Positions 36,001 through 43,680 of a DNA stretch of 64,000 bases are shown one piece after another. This DNA comes from Vicugna vicugna. Lineage: Eukaryota. The notes under the pieces are model-generated. The model searched no databases. It worked only from the letters and a program-made list of their open reading frames with translations, and was not told where the DNA came from. The stretch is from positions 558,001 through 622,000 of the forward strand of contig MU057809.1 of assembly GCA_013265495.1 (NCBI GenBank), in the 5' to 3' direction. The position numbers and the translations under genes were made by a program. Every line of letters begins with the position of its first letter. The stretch's first letter is position 1.

Positions 36001-39000
36001 GCCGACACCTGATTTCAGATGCTGCCACTCCAGCCATTGCTCGGCCACACCCTCATCAGGATCAGTAACGACCCAGAACAGGCTGACTTCAACCCACTTC
36101 CCTTCTCCCCCCGCCCCCTGGGCCAGAGAGCCACGAGCCCGAAAGGCCGACGCAGTGGCGCCAGGACTCCAGTGAACAAGTGACCTGGGCAGAGGACGGC
36201 GGTGGCCCAGGCGGGAGAACAGGGTACAGCGGCGTCTCTAGGGCTGTGCTGTGGGAGTGCCCTCCTGCCCCTGCCGGGCCTCGGGGACACCGCCGCCCCC
36301 AGCCCCAACCCCAGTGGAGTCCAGCCTGTCTGGATGCTCACTCTTCTTCTCTCCCTTGTCCCAGGCGACGCCGGCCTCCTTCACCTGGGCCGTGATGCCC
36401 AGCATCATGGACACAGCCAGCACGTCCGTGATGTGTATCACAAACCGCTCCTGCAGGCGCAGCATGGCCCAGCTCAGTGGGGTTCACGTCCCAAAGTGCC
36501 CAGAACCATGAGACCCGGCTCAGGCCCCCAGAACACAAGCAGCTGGGACGGGAGAACACTAGGCAGGAGGTGCTAGGACCAAGAACCACTGGCAAGAAAG
36601 CCGGGTCAGGGCACAGGGAGGTGGTTCAGCCAACAGCTCCCAACTAGAGGCCCACCACACAAGGCCGACCGCAAACTCGCCCACATGGCAGAGGAGGGCT
36701 CCGCGGTCTGCACCAAGTCCTCCCCTCCTACAGCACCTCCCACCGCCCCCAAACCCACCGTAAAACCCACTCAGGGCTGACCTCCTGTCCCTCTGGGCAC
36801 CATCTGCATTGCCCTGCCTACTCCAACCGCTGTCCCCCAGCCCCTCCAGCCCGGCCGGCAACGGCCCCCACCTCCACACCCAGCCCAGAGGACGCTGACT
36901 CCTCCAGGGGCACCCGGCCTGCCCCGCTCCGCCCTCGCACAGGATGGAGCCTACGGGCTGCTGTGCCTGCGGGGCACCAATCACTTAGCCAGGACACTTC
37001 GCACAGCCTGAGAGACAGCCCAGCCAAGCGGAGAGGAGGCCTGTGCGGCTGCCAAGGGCTGGGCAGAGGGGGCTGGGAGGGCCCGGCACCTTGAACTCCN
37101 NNNNNNNNNNNNNNNNNNNNNNNNNNNNNNNNNNNNNNNNNNNNNNNNNNNNNNNNNNNNNNNNNNNNNNNNNNNNNNNNNNNNNNNNNNNNNNNNNNNN
37201 NNNNNNNNNNNNNNNNNNNNNNNNNNNNNNNNNNNNNNNNNNNNNNNNNNNNNNNNNNNNNNNNNNNNNNNNNNNNNNNNNNNNNNNNNNNNNNNTGCTG
37301 GACTGCCCCGCCTGACCACACCCTTCCCGCCCGCCTCCGTCCGCAAAGGCCTGCCACGGGGTGAGGGGGTCAGCCCTGCAGGAGCCCCTCCGGGAACAGG
37401 CCCCGCCCACTCCTGAAGCGCCACCAGGCGGGTGACCAGGTGGTGAGCAGAGGCAGCGCAGCCATGCTCTCAGGCTGACTTGCTCTCTCTCCACAGGCCT
37501 GGCTCTTTGACAGCAGGGGCTGAGTCTCAACTCCTGGGAGCCGCGCCTCACTTAGCGAGGGCACAGATGAACAGACACTAGGCGGGGGGTGGGCAGGGGC
37601 GGGGGTGCCTAAATTCCAGGCACCCCAGCTGCAGGGATGCACTCACTGGCCTGGCCACGTCCCAGGCTCGACCCTGACCGCTGACGTGCCCTCTCCCGAA
37701 ATGCTGGGCTGCAGGACGACATGGCGCCGACCAGAGGGCTGGCACCGTGGACTAGCCTCCTGTGCAGCTGAACCGTGCGGAAGCCTAGCTGGCGTTCACG
37801 ACAACGGACAACTGCTCTTGGCTCCCCCTGCAAAGGGGACCCTGCATCCAAAGGCCAGGCCAGAGCCGAAGGGGGTGCCTGTTTCACTGGCGGAAACCAG
37901 CCCTCAGAACGGCTAGACTGCCGCTGGGAACGGGTGCCGGTTTTCAGGACTCAGCCCTACTCCTCCTGGAGGAGTCTGGCTTTAGTTTGAGAGAGATGTC
38001 CTGCACTGAGCTGCACCCACGCTGGAGCTACCTGGACAGCCCCCTCCAGTGTCTGCAAAGCTCCCCGGGCACGGCCCCTGGCCCCTTCCAGAGCCCACAC
38101 GCGGCCCGCCTGGCTCCCACCTTGGGCGCCCGCTCTGAGCTGTGCTGCAGCACCGTGTGCAGGATCTGCATGTTGTTCGGGTTCCGGGCGTTGGAGAGCT
38201 CGTTGAAAATCACAAACTTGATGGTGGTGCCCAAATTGTCTTTGTGCGCGGTCAGCAGCTCCCTGGATCCGAGCCGAGCGAACCAAGGGGGCTGAAGCGG
38301 CCAGCCACATGCCCGCCAACCCCTCTGCCCTCACAGCCCTGCCCCACCCCGCCCCTGGCCCTGCCCCCTGCCCCCTGCCCCCAGGCCCTCTGGCCCAGGC
38401 CCGGCCCCACCCTACCTGACGCAGAGCATGTAGTGGTTGAGGAGCACCTTGGGCTTGAGGCGGATCTTGATCAGGTGGGAGATGACGTCCATGTCCTCAG
38501 CGCCGTGCGTGGTGCAGTTCATGCACACGGACATCAGCAGGTCCTGGGCCGGCCTGGTCAGCTGCAGACGTAGCCAGGGCAGGGCGCATCAGCCTCAGGC
38601 CGCCGGGCCGGGCCCACGGGAGCCGGGGGAGCCCATCTTCACCTTGGGGTTCTGCAGCCACATCTCCAGCTTCTGCACCGTCATCAGCCGCACCTCCTTG
38701 TACCCGCAGGTGGAGGTGAGGAGCCGCAGGAGGTTCCGAGATACGTTGTCGATGGGCTGACGCCGGTTGAGCTGGTCCCGCAGCATGTCGAGGACGTACT
38801 CCTCCACGCTCTCTGCCAGCTCGTCATACCTAGGCCGGAGGGAGGCAGGCAGGCAGGCAGGCAGGAAGGCAGGCTCCCTCAGGGGGCCCGCCCGCTCACC
38901 CCTGAGGCCCCACCCCACCCGGCAGGGCGTCCGCCCAGCTAGTTGAGGGGCCGCGTGGCACCTACCTGGGCATGAGCTGGCCCTCCTGCTCAGGGCTAAG

Positions 39001-42000
39001 CTTCTCCTCAGCGATCAGGAGCTCCGTCTGGCTGTCCTCCTCCTCTGTCAGGGATGGGTGGGGGCTGCTCCCTGCAGATCAAGCGTCTCGTAGACACATA
39101 CGGACACGTGCCCGCCTGGCCCATGAGCACCCACATCCCTGAGAGGCAGGGCCCCACCCTGGCCCCCAGGCTGGGGATCCCAGGAGCCCCGTCCTCCTCC
39201 AGCTCGGCTGCCTGGCAGCTCTCACCAGCACTGAGGTCCCCGCCGCCGCGCCCCACCTCCCCCTGCAGGAGCATGCTCTTGGGGGGCATCTTGGTGTTAA
39301 AGGCTGTCTGGATGTTGTCCACAAAGGTCTTGCAGTGCGGGCTGTCCACCCAGATCCGCTCGCCCAAGGAGTCTTCGATGTACACCTGTCCACGACAGAA
39401 GCCTGCACCTCCTGACCCTGGTGGGCAGCTCCCCGGCCGGCCCTCCGGGGCTCGAGGGCTGGGAGCCTGCTTCCCAGCTGAGCGCAGAGGAGCAGGACAC
39501 AAGGGCTTCCCCGGTGCCCCCAGCAGCGCGGGAGACAAGGTGCCCGCCCTGGGCCAGCAGAGACCCAGCCCTCCGAGAGCGCCCTCGGTTTGCTTCCTGG
39601 TCCTCCAGCTGTCCAGTGGTCTGCCTCCCTCTCCCCGGCCCTCTGTCCTCTTCACAGGGACAGCGACGTCATCCAGGCTCTGGGGAGGGCAGACCCACCT
39701 TGACAAAGATCTCAGGCCAGTTCTCATCCTCCTCGTAGGCGGCCATGAGGAGGTTACAGGCCAGCACGGATACAAGGCTGTTCCCCTTGGCCTTGAAGTT
39801 GATGGAGGCATCCCGCCGCAGGAGGCTGCACAGAGCCTGTGAGAGACGGTGTGGTGGCCGCGGGAGCCTCCCCTGCGCTCAGGGCGCGGCCCACACGCAC
39901 CCCGGGGGCCCACCGCTCTGCCCCCTCCCCTCACCTCGATGACTCCCTCTGTGGCAAAGATGTTGGGCTTGATCTTGGCCAGGTACATGAGACTCAGGTA
40001 CAGGGTGCTGTCGGGCTTGGCCCGCGTGACCTTCAGCTGCTTGACGGCCCCGCACAGCACGCCCTCCAGCCGGTCATCGTTGCCCTCCAACTCGGCCGCC
40101 TCGATCTCATCCAGCAGCACTGCGGGTGCAACTGGCCAGGAGATGGGCCGTCTGAGCCAGGGCCACAACAGAGACTGCCCCGCAGGGCCCCCAAAGCCCC
40201 AGGCCAACCAGCAGAAACCAGGCAGCAAGGGTCTCAGGGCTGTGCCCCACTCAGCTGGTCTCCAAGGAGGGCCCGGTGGCAGCCGAGGCGGGAGCAGGGC
40301 AGGTGCTGCCTGCGCGCAGGAACAGTGCCCTGTGGGTTCCCAGGGCCAACTGGGCCCCGACAGACGCCTCTCGCTGCATCCCATGTGGCCACCACAGAGC
40401 GACCTGGTCCTGAGACACGCTTACTTGTTCACATGTTGGTCCTTTTCCCGAAGTTTCACAGTACCTTCTCTAACTGTGGCTGTGCCCGGGCCCCAGCCCC
40501 CCAGCCCCCCAGGCTGTCTTGTAGATGCATTCCCCCTTCACAGTCTCGATAAAGACCCACCCCTGGTTCCTCCCTCTGCCCGCGCTGCTGGCACCTCATC
40601 CGTGCATCAGTCCTTCCCTCTCCCCACTTGTCTGCTGCCCTCCCTCTTCGACAGGACCCCCTGAACTGAAGCCCCCTGCTCCTCTGAGTGTCCCTCTGGG
40701 CCCCGTCACACGCGCCCTTTGCGCTGCGTTTGCTACATTCAGTTTCAGTTCCACTCATTCTCTAACTCTCATTTTGATGCCTCCTTTGATGCCGGGGCTT
40801 CCTTGCGACTGTGTTTTAGACGCCCAGACAGAGGCAGGTGGTGTCACTGATGCTACCTTAACTGCACGGAGCACAGAGGGTTCAGCAGGCCTTCCAGGCT
40901 GCTTTCTGTGTGCCGGGGAAAAGACAAACGGGCAGGAAAGACGGACTGGAGCCACAGCAGGTCCAGGCCGAGAAAACGCTATAAACAGCCACAGCCAGCC
41001 TTCCCTCTGCTTTGCTAAAGACGTGTGTGAAGTACTTTATCCTTCAGAACACGCCGTTCGCGACCATGTTCCGTTTAGCCTTCAAAGCCACCCTCTGGGG
41101 AGTCATGAGGCAGCGAGAAGACCAGGAAGCCCAGTCTGCGGCTGAGAGACCACGGCCTGAGTCCGCCTCGGCCCTGCAGGCGCTCGCCGTCCTGACCCGC
41201 ACCCGCGGCTCCGAAGGGCAGGGTCCTCTCCCAAAGCACAGCTCCAGCCCTACGCCTGCTCCACATGCCCCCAGGGCTCCCCACACCCACCGAATCCAGC
41301 ATAGCGTCTCCCCTCACCACCAGCCTCACCACCAGCCTCGGCTCAGGACCTGAGCACAGCCCAGCCCCAGCTGGTCCCCTGAGCACAGGCCCCTCCTCCA
41401 GGATGCAGGCCCCTGCTCAGCGGTTTCTCCTCCAACACCCCTGACTGCCTGTCGAAGTCCCATCCAGTCTCTGAGGCTCAAGTTCACGTCACAGTTCCCT
41501 GACGCTCCTTCTCTCCCCCACGGCTGTCACACGAGCACCTACACACTCAACACCGGGCCTGGTGTGACATCTACCCAATCTGATCTACAGGTCTTACGAA
41601 GCCACTAGAAATAATCAACAGGAAAGTGGTTCAGAAAAGTAGGGCCACGCTACATGCACACAGAATTAAACACTTTTGTGTAAACAACAGGCTTACGCAT
41701 GAGCTTTAGATCTGTCTTTGGTGTTTTATTACCTCTCTAGCTAAAAGGAAATAAAGCAGAGAGGCAGACCACTCACTGTCTGTAACTAGGAGAAAGGACG
41801 AGGAAGGGCGGGCCTCCCCATCCCGGTGGAGAGGGGTAATCACCAGACACACAGCCCAGAGAGCAGCACCCGTCCGACTCCGCGGCCACTCACCCCTGAG
41901 CTCAAGCACAGCCTGTCGCCAAGCAGGTGCTCTGCAAACATGTCAGACCAGCAGGTGAACCGAGAAGTCAGCCTGTTCCCAAAGGACAGGCACGGCGGTC

Positions 42001-43382
42001 CACCAGGAGCGCATCACCTCACGCCACTCCTCCCCCGAAGCGGGGAGCCACAGAGAGCAAAGACAAGGGAAACCCACACTGCGCCTTCCAATCCAGGGAG
42101 CCCGGGCACGTGCTCTGTCTGCTTCACTGACAGGAGCCCTGATAACTGCAGACGAGGCCACTGAGGCACCAGCTGTCCACGCTGCTCCCCCCACGTGGCA
42201 GCAGCACGTCAGGGCCCCAGACCGACCTGCGCCACCTCACCCTGCATCACACACACACACGTCCCCATCACTGTCAGACTCTGAACTTCAAGTGGGCGGG
42301 GGCATTTGTGTGAGAGGCACTTCGAAAGACAAACTCCAGACAACTCCCCTCCCCAATTCTCCAAACAGCCTGCGTTACAGCTATGGTGCTGAGCCTGGAG
42401 GTGGCCCTTCCCAACCCCTGGTGACAGACAAGGTGTAAGCTGCGTTCTCCAGGGCTGATTTTACCTTCAATGGGGACCACAGATGGTTCTTTAATCGAGG
42501 GGGAGATAGCGCGTTTCTCTGCCACTGCAGCCTCAGCCAGGCGGCCCAAGGCGCTCAGAGGGGGTGTGGAGGAGAGTTTGGGGCGTTTGGTGAGGCCGGT
42601 CAGGGCCGAGGCACCAGCCAAAGCGGCCGCAGCATCCCGCTTGCGCTCCGACGGCAGGCCGGAAGGGGCAGGCTTCAGCAGGGTGGATGCCGTCTTCGAT
42701 TCGTTGGCCTGACCCTTTGAGCCCAGAGCTATGAAGTCACCAGGTGGAGGGTGCCCTGCAGAGAAGAGACGCGGAGAAACGTGCACCTTCACACAGAGGC
42801 CCAGGTGGAAAGCGTGTCGGAGACGGACCCCAACCTCCGGCTACTTCAGAGGAGGACTACACGAGAGTCAGGGGAGGCAAGAAACAGACCACCCAGCAAG
42901 TCCACAGCAGAGCTGGGACCTCATGGCCGTAGCAACAACGATGGTCGATGGCCACAGGGAGCTTACTATAGGCCAGGCACTTTACAGATGAGCGCACCTA
43001 GACACAGAGAGGTTAGGAAACGAGCCCGAGGCCACACGGCTAGCGAGTGGCCAAGCGCGGAGCGGAGGCCAGTCTGGCTTCCATCCGCCTTCAGCCGCTG
43101 CGTTTGCGCCGCCTCTGGACCAGGACTCCTGGCTGCTGTCTCCCGCCTCGGACGCAGTCAGACGAGACAGTCGCAGCTGCCCCAACCCCGCGCCCTGCGC
43201 TCCCAGCGCCGCCTGGGACCAAGGGCTACCCTTCCAGACCCCACTCCTGGAAAGCGCCTTAGCCTCGGAGTCAGGAAGAAGCCCCGAAGCAGCCCGCCGC
43301 GCGCCGCCGGGAGAGGCCGCGCACCTGAAGGCTTGGCCGCCGCGCTGGGCCTGCGGACGGCGGCGGGCTTGGCCCGGTTCAT
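14928..43382 (-). CDS. INTS1: Integrator complex subunit 1, complete multi-exon CDS (47 coding exons, about 2186 aa)
   Basis: Peptides match human INTS1 from MNRAKP to LHMEAVM*; splice phases are consistent across all exons; total 6561 nt with a 177-nt exon 11. Confidence 0.98.
15217..15326 (-). CDS. INTS1: INTS1 exon 47
   Basis: (S)IAADFLPTF...LLCQ(E); 110 nt. Confidence 0.96.
15432..15523 (-). CDS. INTS1: INTS1 exon 46
   Basis: TSLQRLMGSAEE...IQNNP(S); 92 nt. Confidence 0.96.
15913..15983 (-). CDS. INTS1: INTS1 exon 45
   Basis: (D)LLEALSDVDEMSRRRPEILGFFS; 71 nt. Confidence 0.96.
16733..16846 (-). CDS. INTS1: INTS1 exon 44
   Basis: (D)EGSAGSLPL...GQTVE(D); 114 nt. Confidence 0.96.
17296..17311 (+). 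promoter_or_regulatory. CNC-small Maf binding element (ARE) in INTS1 intron 43
   Basis: GTGACTCAGCAAAATT is the full RTGACTCAGCA core plus AT-rich flank. Confidence 0.55.
17627..17739 (-). CDS. INTS1: INTS1 exon 43
   Basis: (H)DLSFDSSDL...DEEGE(D); 113 nt. Confidence 0.96.
18023..18150 (-). CDS. INTS1: INTS1 exon 42
   Basis: NYRKSSRHL...HSDVL(H); 128 nt. Confidence 0.96.
18747..18939 (-). CDS. INTS1: INTS1 exon 41
   Basis: (R)HLPMIAALL...FVRLLL; 193 nt. Confidence 0.96.
19287..19420 (-). CDS. INTS1: INTS1 exon 40
   Basis: LDGLIHRFIT...PLLLL(R); 134 nt. Confidence 0.96.
20310..20433 (-). CDS. INTS1: INTS1 exon 39
   Basis: (S)VLGRCCQDL...SSICK; 124 nt. Confidence 0.96.
20621..20847 (-). 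CDS. INTS1: INTS1 exon 38
   Basis: RRREELALRV...QQWGD(S); 227 nt. Confidence 0.95.
20941..21028 (-). CDS. INTS1: INTS1 exon 37 (GC donor)
   Basis: (R)FDPSASLDF...DQRTPQ; donor CAG|GCAGGT; 88 nt. Confidence 0.94.
21368..21498 (-). CDS. INTS1: INTS1 exon 36
   Basis: GKGHPGPQVPSFRPYLL...ARDQ(R); 131 nt. Confidence 0.95.
22238..22361 (-). CDS. INTS1: INTS1 exon 35
   Basis: (S)LEALRLGPC...FSRGK; 124 nt. Confidence 0.95.
22450..22615 (-). CDS. INTS1: INTS1 exon 34
   Basis: (V)LQGLIEVRS...QDSGSC(S); 166 nt. Confidence 0.95.
22765..22905 (-). CDS. INTS1: INTS1 exon 33
   Basis: (V)RSGFLHLAE...ELVSK(V); 141 nt. Confidence 0.96.
23154..23313 (-). CDS. INTS1: INTS1 exon 32
   Basis: RCVPQDTGF...RRISD(V); 160 nt. 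Confidence 0.96.
23850..24104 (-). CDS. INTS1: INTS1 exon 31
   Basis: IFPLSPGPRW...LCQYQ; 255 nt. Confidence 0.96.
24599..24723 (-). CDS. INTS1: INTS1 exon 30
   Basis: (D)SAEVPKPKG...ASILLQ; 125 nt. Confidence 0.95.
24994..25092 (-). CDS. INTS1: INTS1 exon 29
   Basis: (N)YMAHLVEVQ...LPARR(D); 99 nt. Confidence 0.96.
25321..25467 (-). CDS. INTS1: INTS1 exon 28
   Basis: (A)LQDLEPQQ...NIMDK(N); 147 nt. Confidence 0.96.
26049..26210 (-). CDS. INTS1: INTS1 exon 27
   Basis: (A)GDGEFRALL...RLVDA(A); acceptor ctcctgaag; 162 nt. Confidence 0.94.
27228..27339 (-). CDS. INTS1: INTS1 exon 26
   Basis: SESQDQVFL...LGPPR(A); 112 nt. Confidence 0.96.
27413..27580 (-). CDS. INTS1: INTS1 exon 25
   Basis: DVARLVVERS...EEVYSW; 168 nt. 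Confidence 0.96.
28373..28477 (-). CDS. INTS1: INTS1 exon 24
   Basis: AIHMETDPQ...HSDLAL; 105 nt. Confidence 0.96.
28546..28725 (-). CDS. INTS1: INTS1 exon 23
   Basis: GLSLVLSEG...LALQQ; 180 nt. Confidence 0.96.
29015..29164 (-). CDS. INTS1: INTS1 exon 22
   Basis: RQQKQRQLL...VLAMK; 150 nt. Confidence 0.96.
29247..29426 (-). CDS. INTS1: INTS1 exon 21
   Basis: ASSQSMPWL...KAKKRQ; 180 nt. Confidence 0.96.
29760..29889 (-). CDS. INTS1: INTS1 exon 20 (GC donor)
   Basis: (Q)GPPRRPPPHILDQ...NIIQRQ; donor CAG|GCGAGT; 130 nt. Confidence 0.95.
30176..30373 (-). CDS. INTS1: INTS1 exon 19
   Basis: (N)NYSYPPCT...TSLDP(Q); 198 nt. Confidence 0.96.
31104..31164 (-). CDS. INTS1: INTS1 exon 18
   Basis: (G)LAAWEEYPTLKMLMEMVMT(N); 61 nt. 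Confidence 0.96.
31367..31458 (-). CDS. INTS1: INTS1 exon 17
   Basis: (G)YQPPNLAISTLYWKAWPLLLVVAAFNPENI(G); 92 nt. Confidence 0.96.
31920..33410 (+). mobile_element. Old L1M LINE (ORF2 end and 3' UTR), antisense in INTS1 intron 16
   Basis: Degenerate L1 landmarks: caaagtggaggactcgcact, tttcttagacatgacac, aattctactcccggg, ctcagtgaaaaaagcc, ggggacgatgttctaaacttagactg. Confidence 0.8.
33669..33765 (-). CDS. INTS1: INTS1 exon 16
   Basis: (D)VEVLKVERIQ...NIQLPP(G); 97 nt. Confidence 0.96.
34416..34573 (-). CDS. INTS1: INTS1 exon 15
   Basis: (N)FFLRLCSEVP...AAAVQAD(D); 158 nt. Confidence 0.96.
35160..35237 (-). CDS. INTS1: INTS1 exon 14
   Basis: (C)LHKVLFTEQPETYYKWDNWPPESDR(N); 78 nt. Confidence 0.96.
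35675..35795 (-). CDS. INTS1: INTS1 exon 13
   Basis: (N)LEVLRSFQ...KDYVH(C); 121 nt. Confidence 0.96.
36342..36450 (-). CDS. INTS1: INTS1 exon 12
   Basis: ERFVIHITD...DKGEKK(N); 109 nt. Confidence 0.96.
37090..37266 (-). CDS. INTS1: INTS1 exon 11 (only last 10 nt visible; remainder in N-gap; 5' boundary inferred)
   Basis: Visible G GAG TTC AAG|GTGCCG encodes ...EFK, matching the end of human exon 11 (LEMEFK); 177-nt length taken from the human protein. Confidence 0.75.
37100..37295. other. Assembly gap (196 N)
   Basis: Run of N. Confidence 1.
38121..38262 (-). CDS. INTS1: INTS1 exon 10
   Basis: (R)ELLTAHKDNLG...SSERAPK; 142 nt. Confidence 0.96.
38416..38561 (-). CDS. INTS1: INTS1 exon 9
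   Basis: LTRPAQDLLM...NHYMLCV(R); 146 nt. Confidence 0.96.
38643..38829 (-). CDS. INTS1: INTS1 exon 8
   Basis: (R)YDELAESVEE...WLQNPK; 187 nt. Confidence 0.96.
38843..38873. repeat. (GGCA)n microsatellite in INTS1 intron 7
   Basis: gaggcaggcaggcaggcaggcaggaaggcagg. Confidence 0.9.
38966..39071 (-). CDS. INTS1: INTS1 exon 7
   Basis: (G)SSPHPSLTEEEDSQTELLIAEEKLSPEQEGQLMP(R); 106 nt. Confidence 0.96.
39226..39385 (-). CDS. INTS1: INTS1 exon 6
   Basis: VYIEDSLGERIW...GGDLSA(G); 160 nt. Confidence 0.96.
39699..39836 (-). CDS. INTS1: INTS1 exon 5
   Basis: ALCSLLRRDASINFK...WPEIFVK; 138 nt. Confidence 0.96.
39935..40131 (-). CDS. INTS1: INTS1 exon 4
   Basis: (V)APAVLLDEIE...TEGVIE; 197 nt. Confidence 0.96.
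42465..42755 (-). CDS. INTS1: INTS1 exon 3
   Basis: (G)HPPPGDFIAL...VVPIE(V); ag/gt flanks; 291 nt. Confidence 0.96.
42950..43070 (-). mobile_element. MIR SINE fragment in INTS1 intron 2
   Basis: actttacagatgagcgcacct ... gagaggttagg ... gaggccacacggctag. Confidence 0.65.
43325..43382 (-). CDS. INTS1: INTS1 exon 2 (coding part, start codon)
   Basis: MNRAKPAAVRRPSAAAKPS(G); donor CAG|GTGCGC; 58 nt. Confidence 0.95.
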
Positions 43383-43595
43383 CCTGCCTCGGTCCCCGGC
43401 CCCTCGCCGCTCCTCGCCGCCTCAGGGGAGCGCAGACCGGCGCCAAGGCAGCCGCCCGCCCATTCATTCAGCTCGACCGTCCGGGCTGGGGCCTGGGGCG
43501 AGCGGCCCGGCCCGCCGCGCGCAGTGATGCCCGGAGCGCGACCCCGCCTCGGACCCGAGGAAGGTCCGTCCCGCCCGCAGCCGCGGCCCGCTCAC

Positions 43596-43680
43596 TCCTG
43601 GCGCATCGCACCGGAGCGCCGCCGCCGCCGCCGCCGCCGCCCCGGAACAGGAAGCCGCCCTGGACCCCTACTTCCGGGAC
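43596..43680 (-). other. INTS1: INTS1 non-coding exon 1 (5' UTR); TSS approximate
   Basis: Donor GGA|GTGAGC at 43595 inside the CpG island, just downstream of paired ETS sites; contains (GGC)8. Confidence 0.7.
43618..43641. repeat. (GCC)8 / (GGC)8 trinucleotide repeat in the INTS1 5' UTR
   Basis: Eight perfect GCC units read directly. Confidence 0.95.

Noticed and set aside
36818-37551. ORFs spanning the N-gaps (also 61930-63102)
   Set aside because: Open only because N translates as X
39008-40384. 458-aa minus-strand ORF
   Set aside because: Chimera of INTS1 exons 4 and 6 with intron read-through; exons 5 and 7 are in other frames
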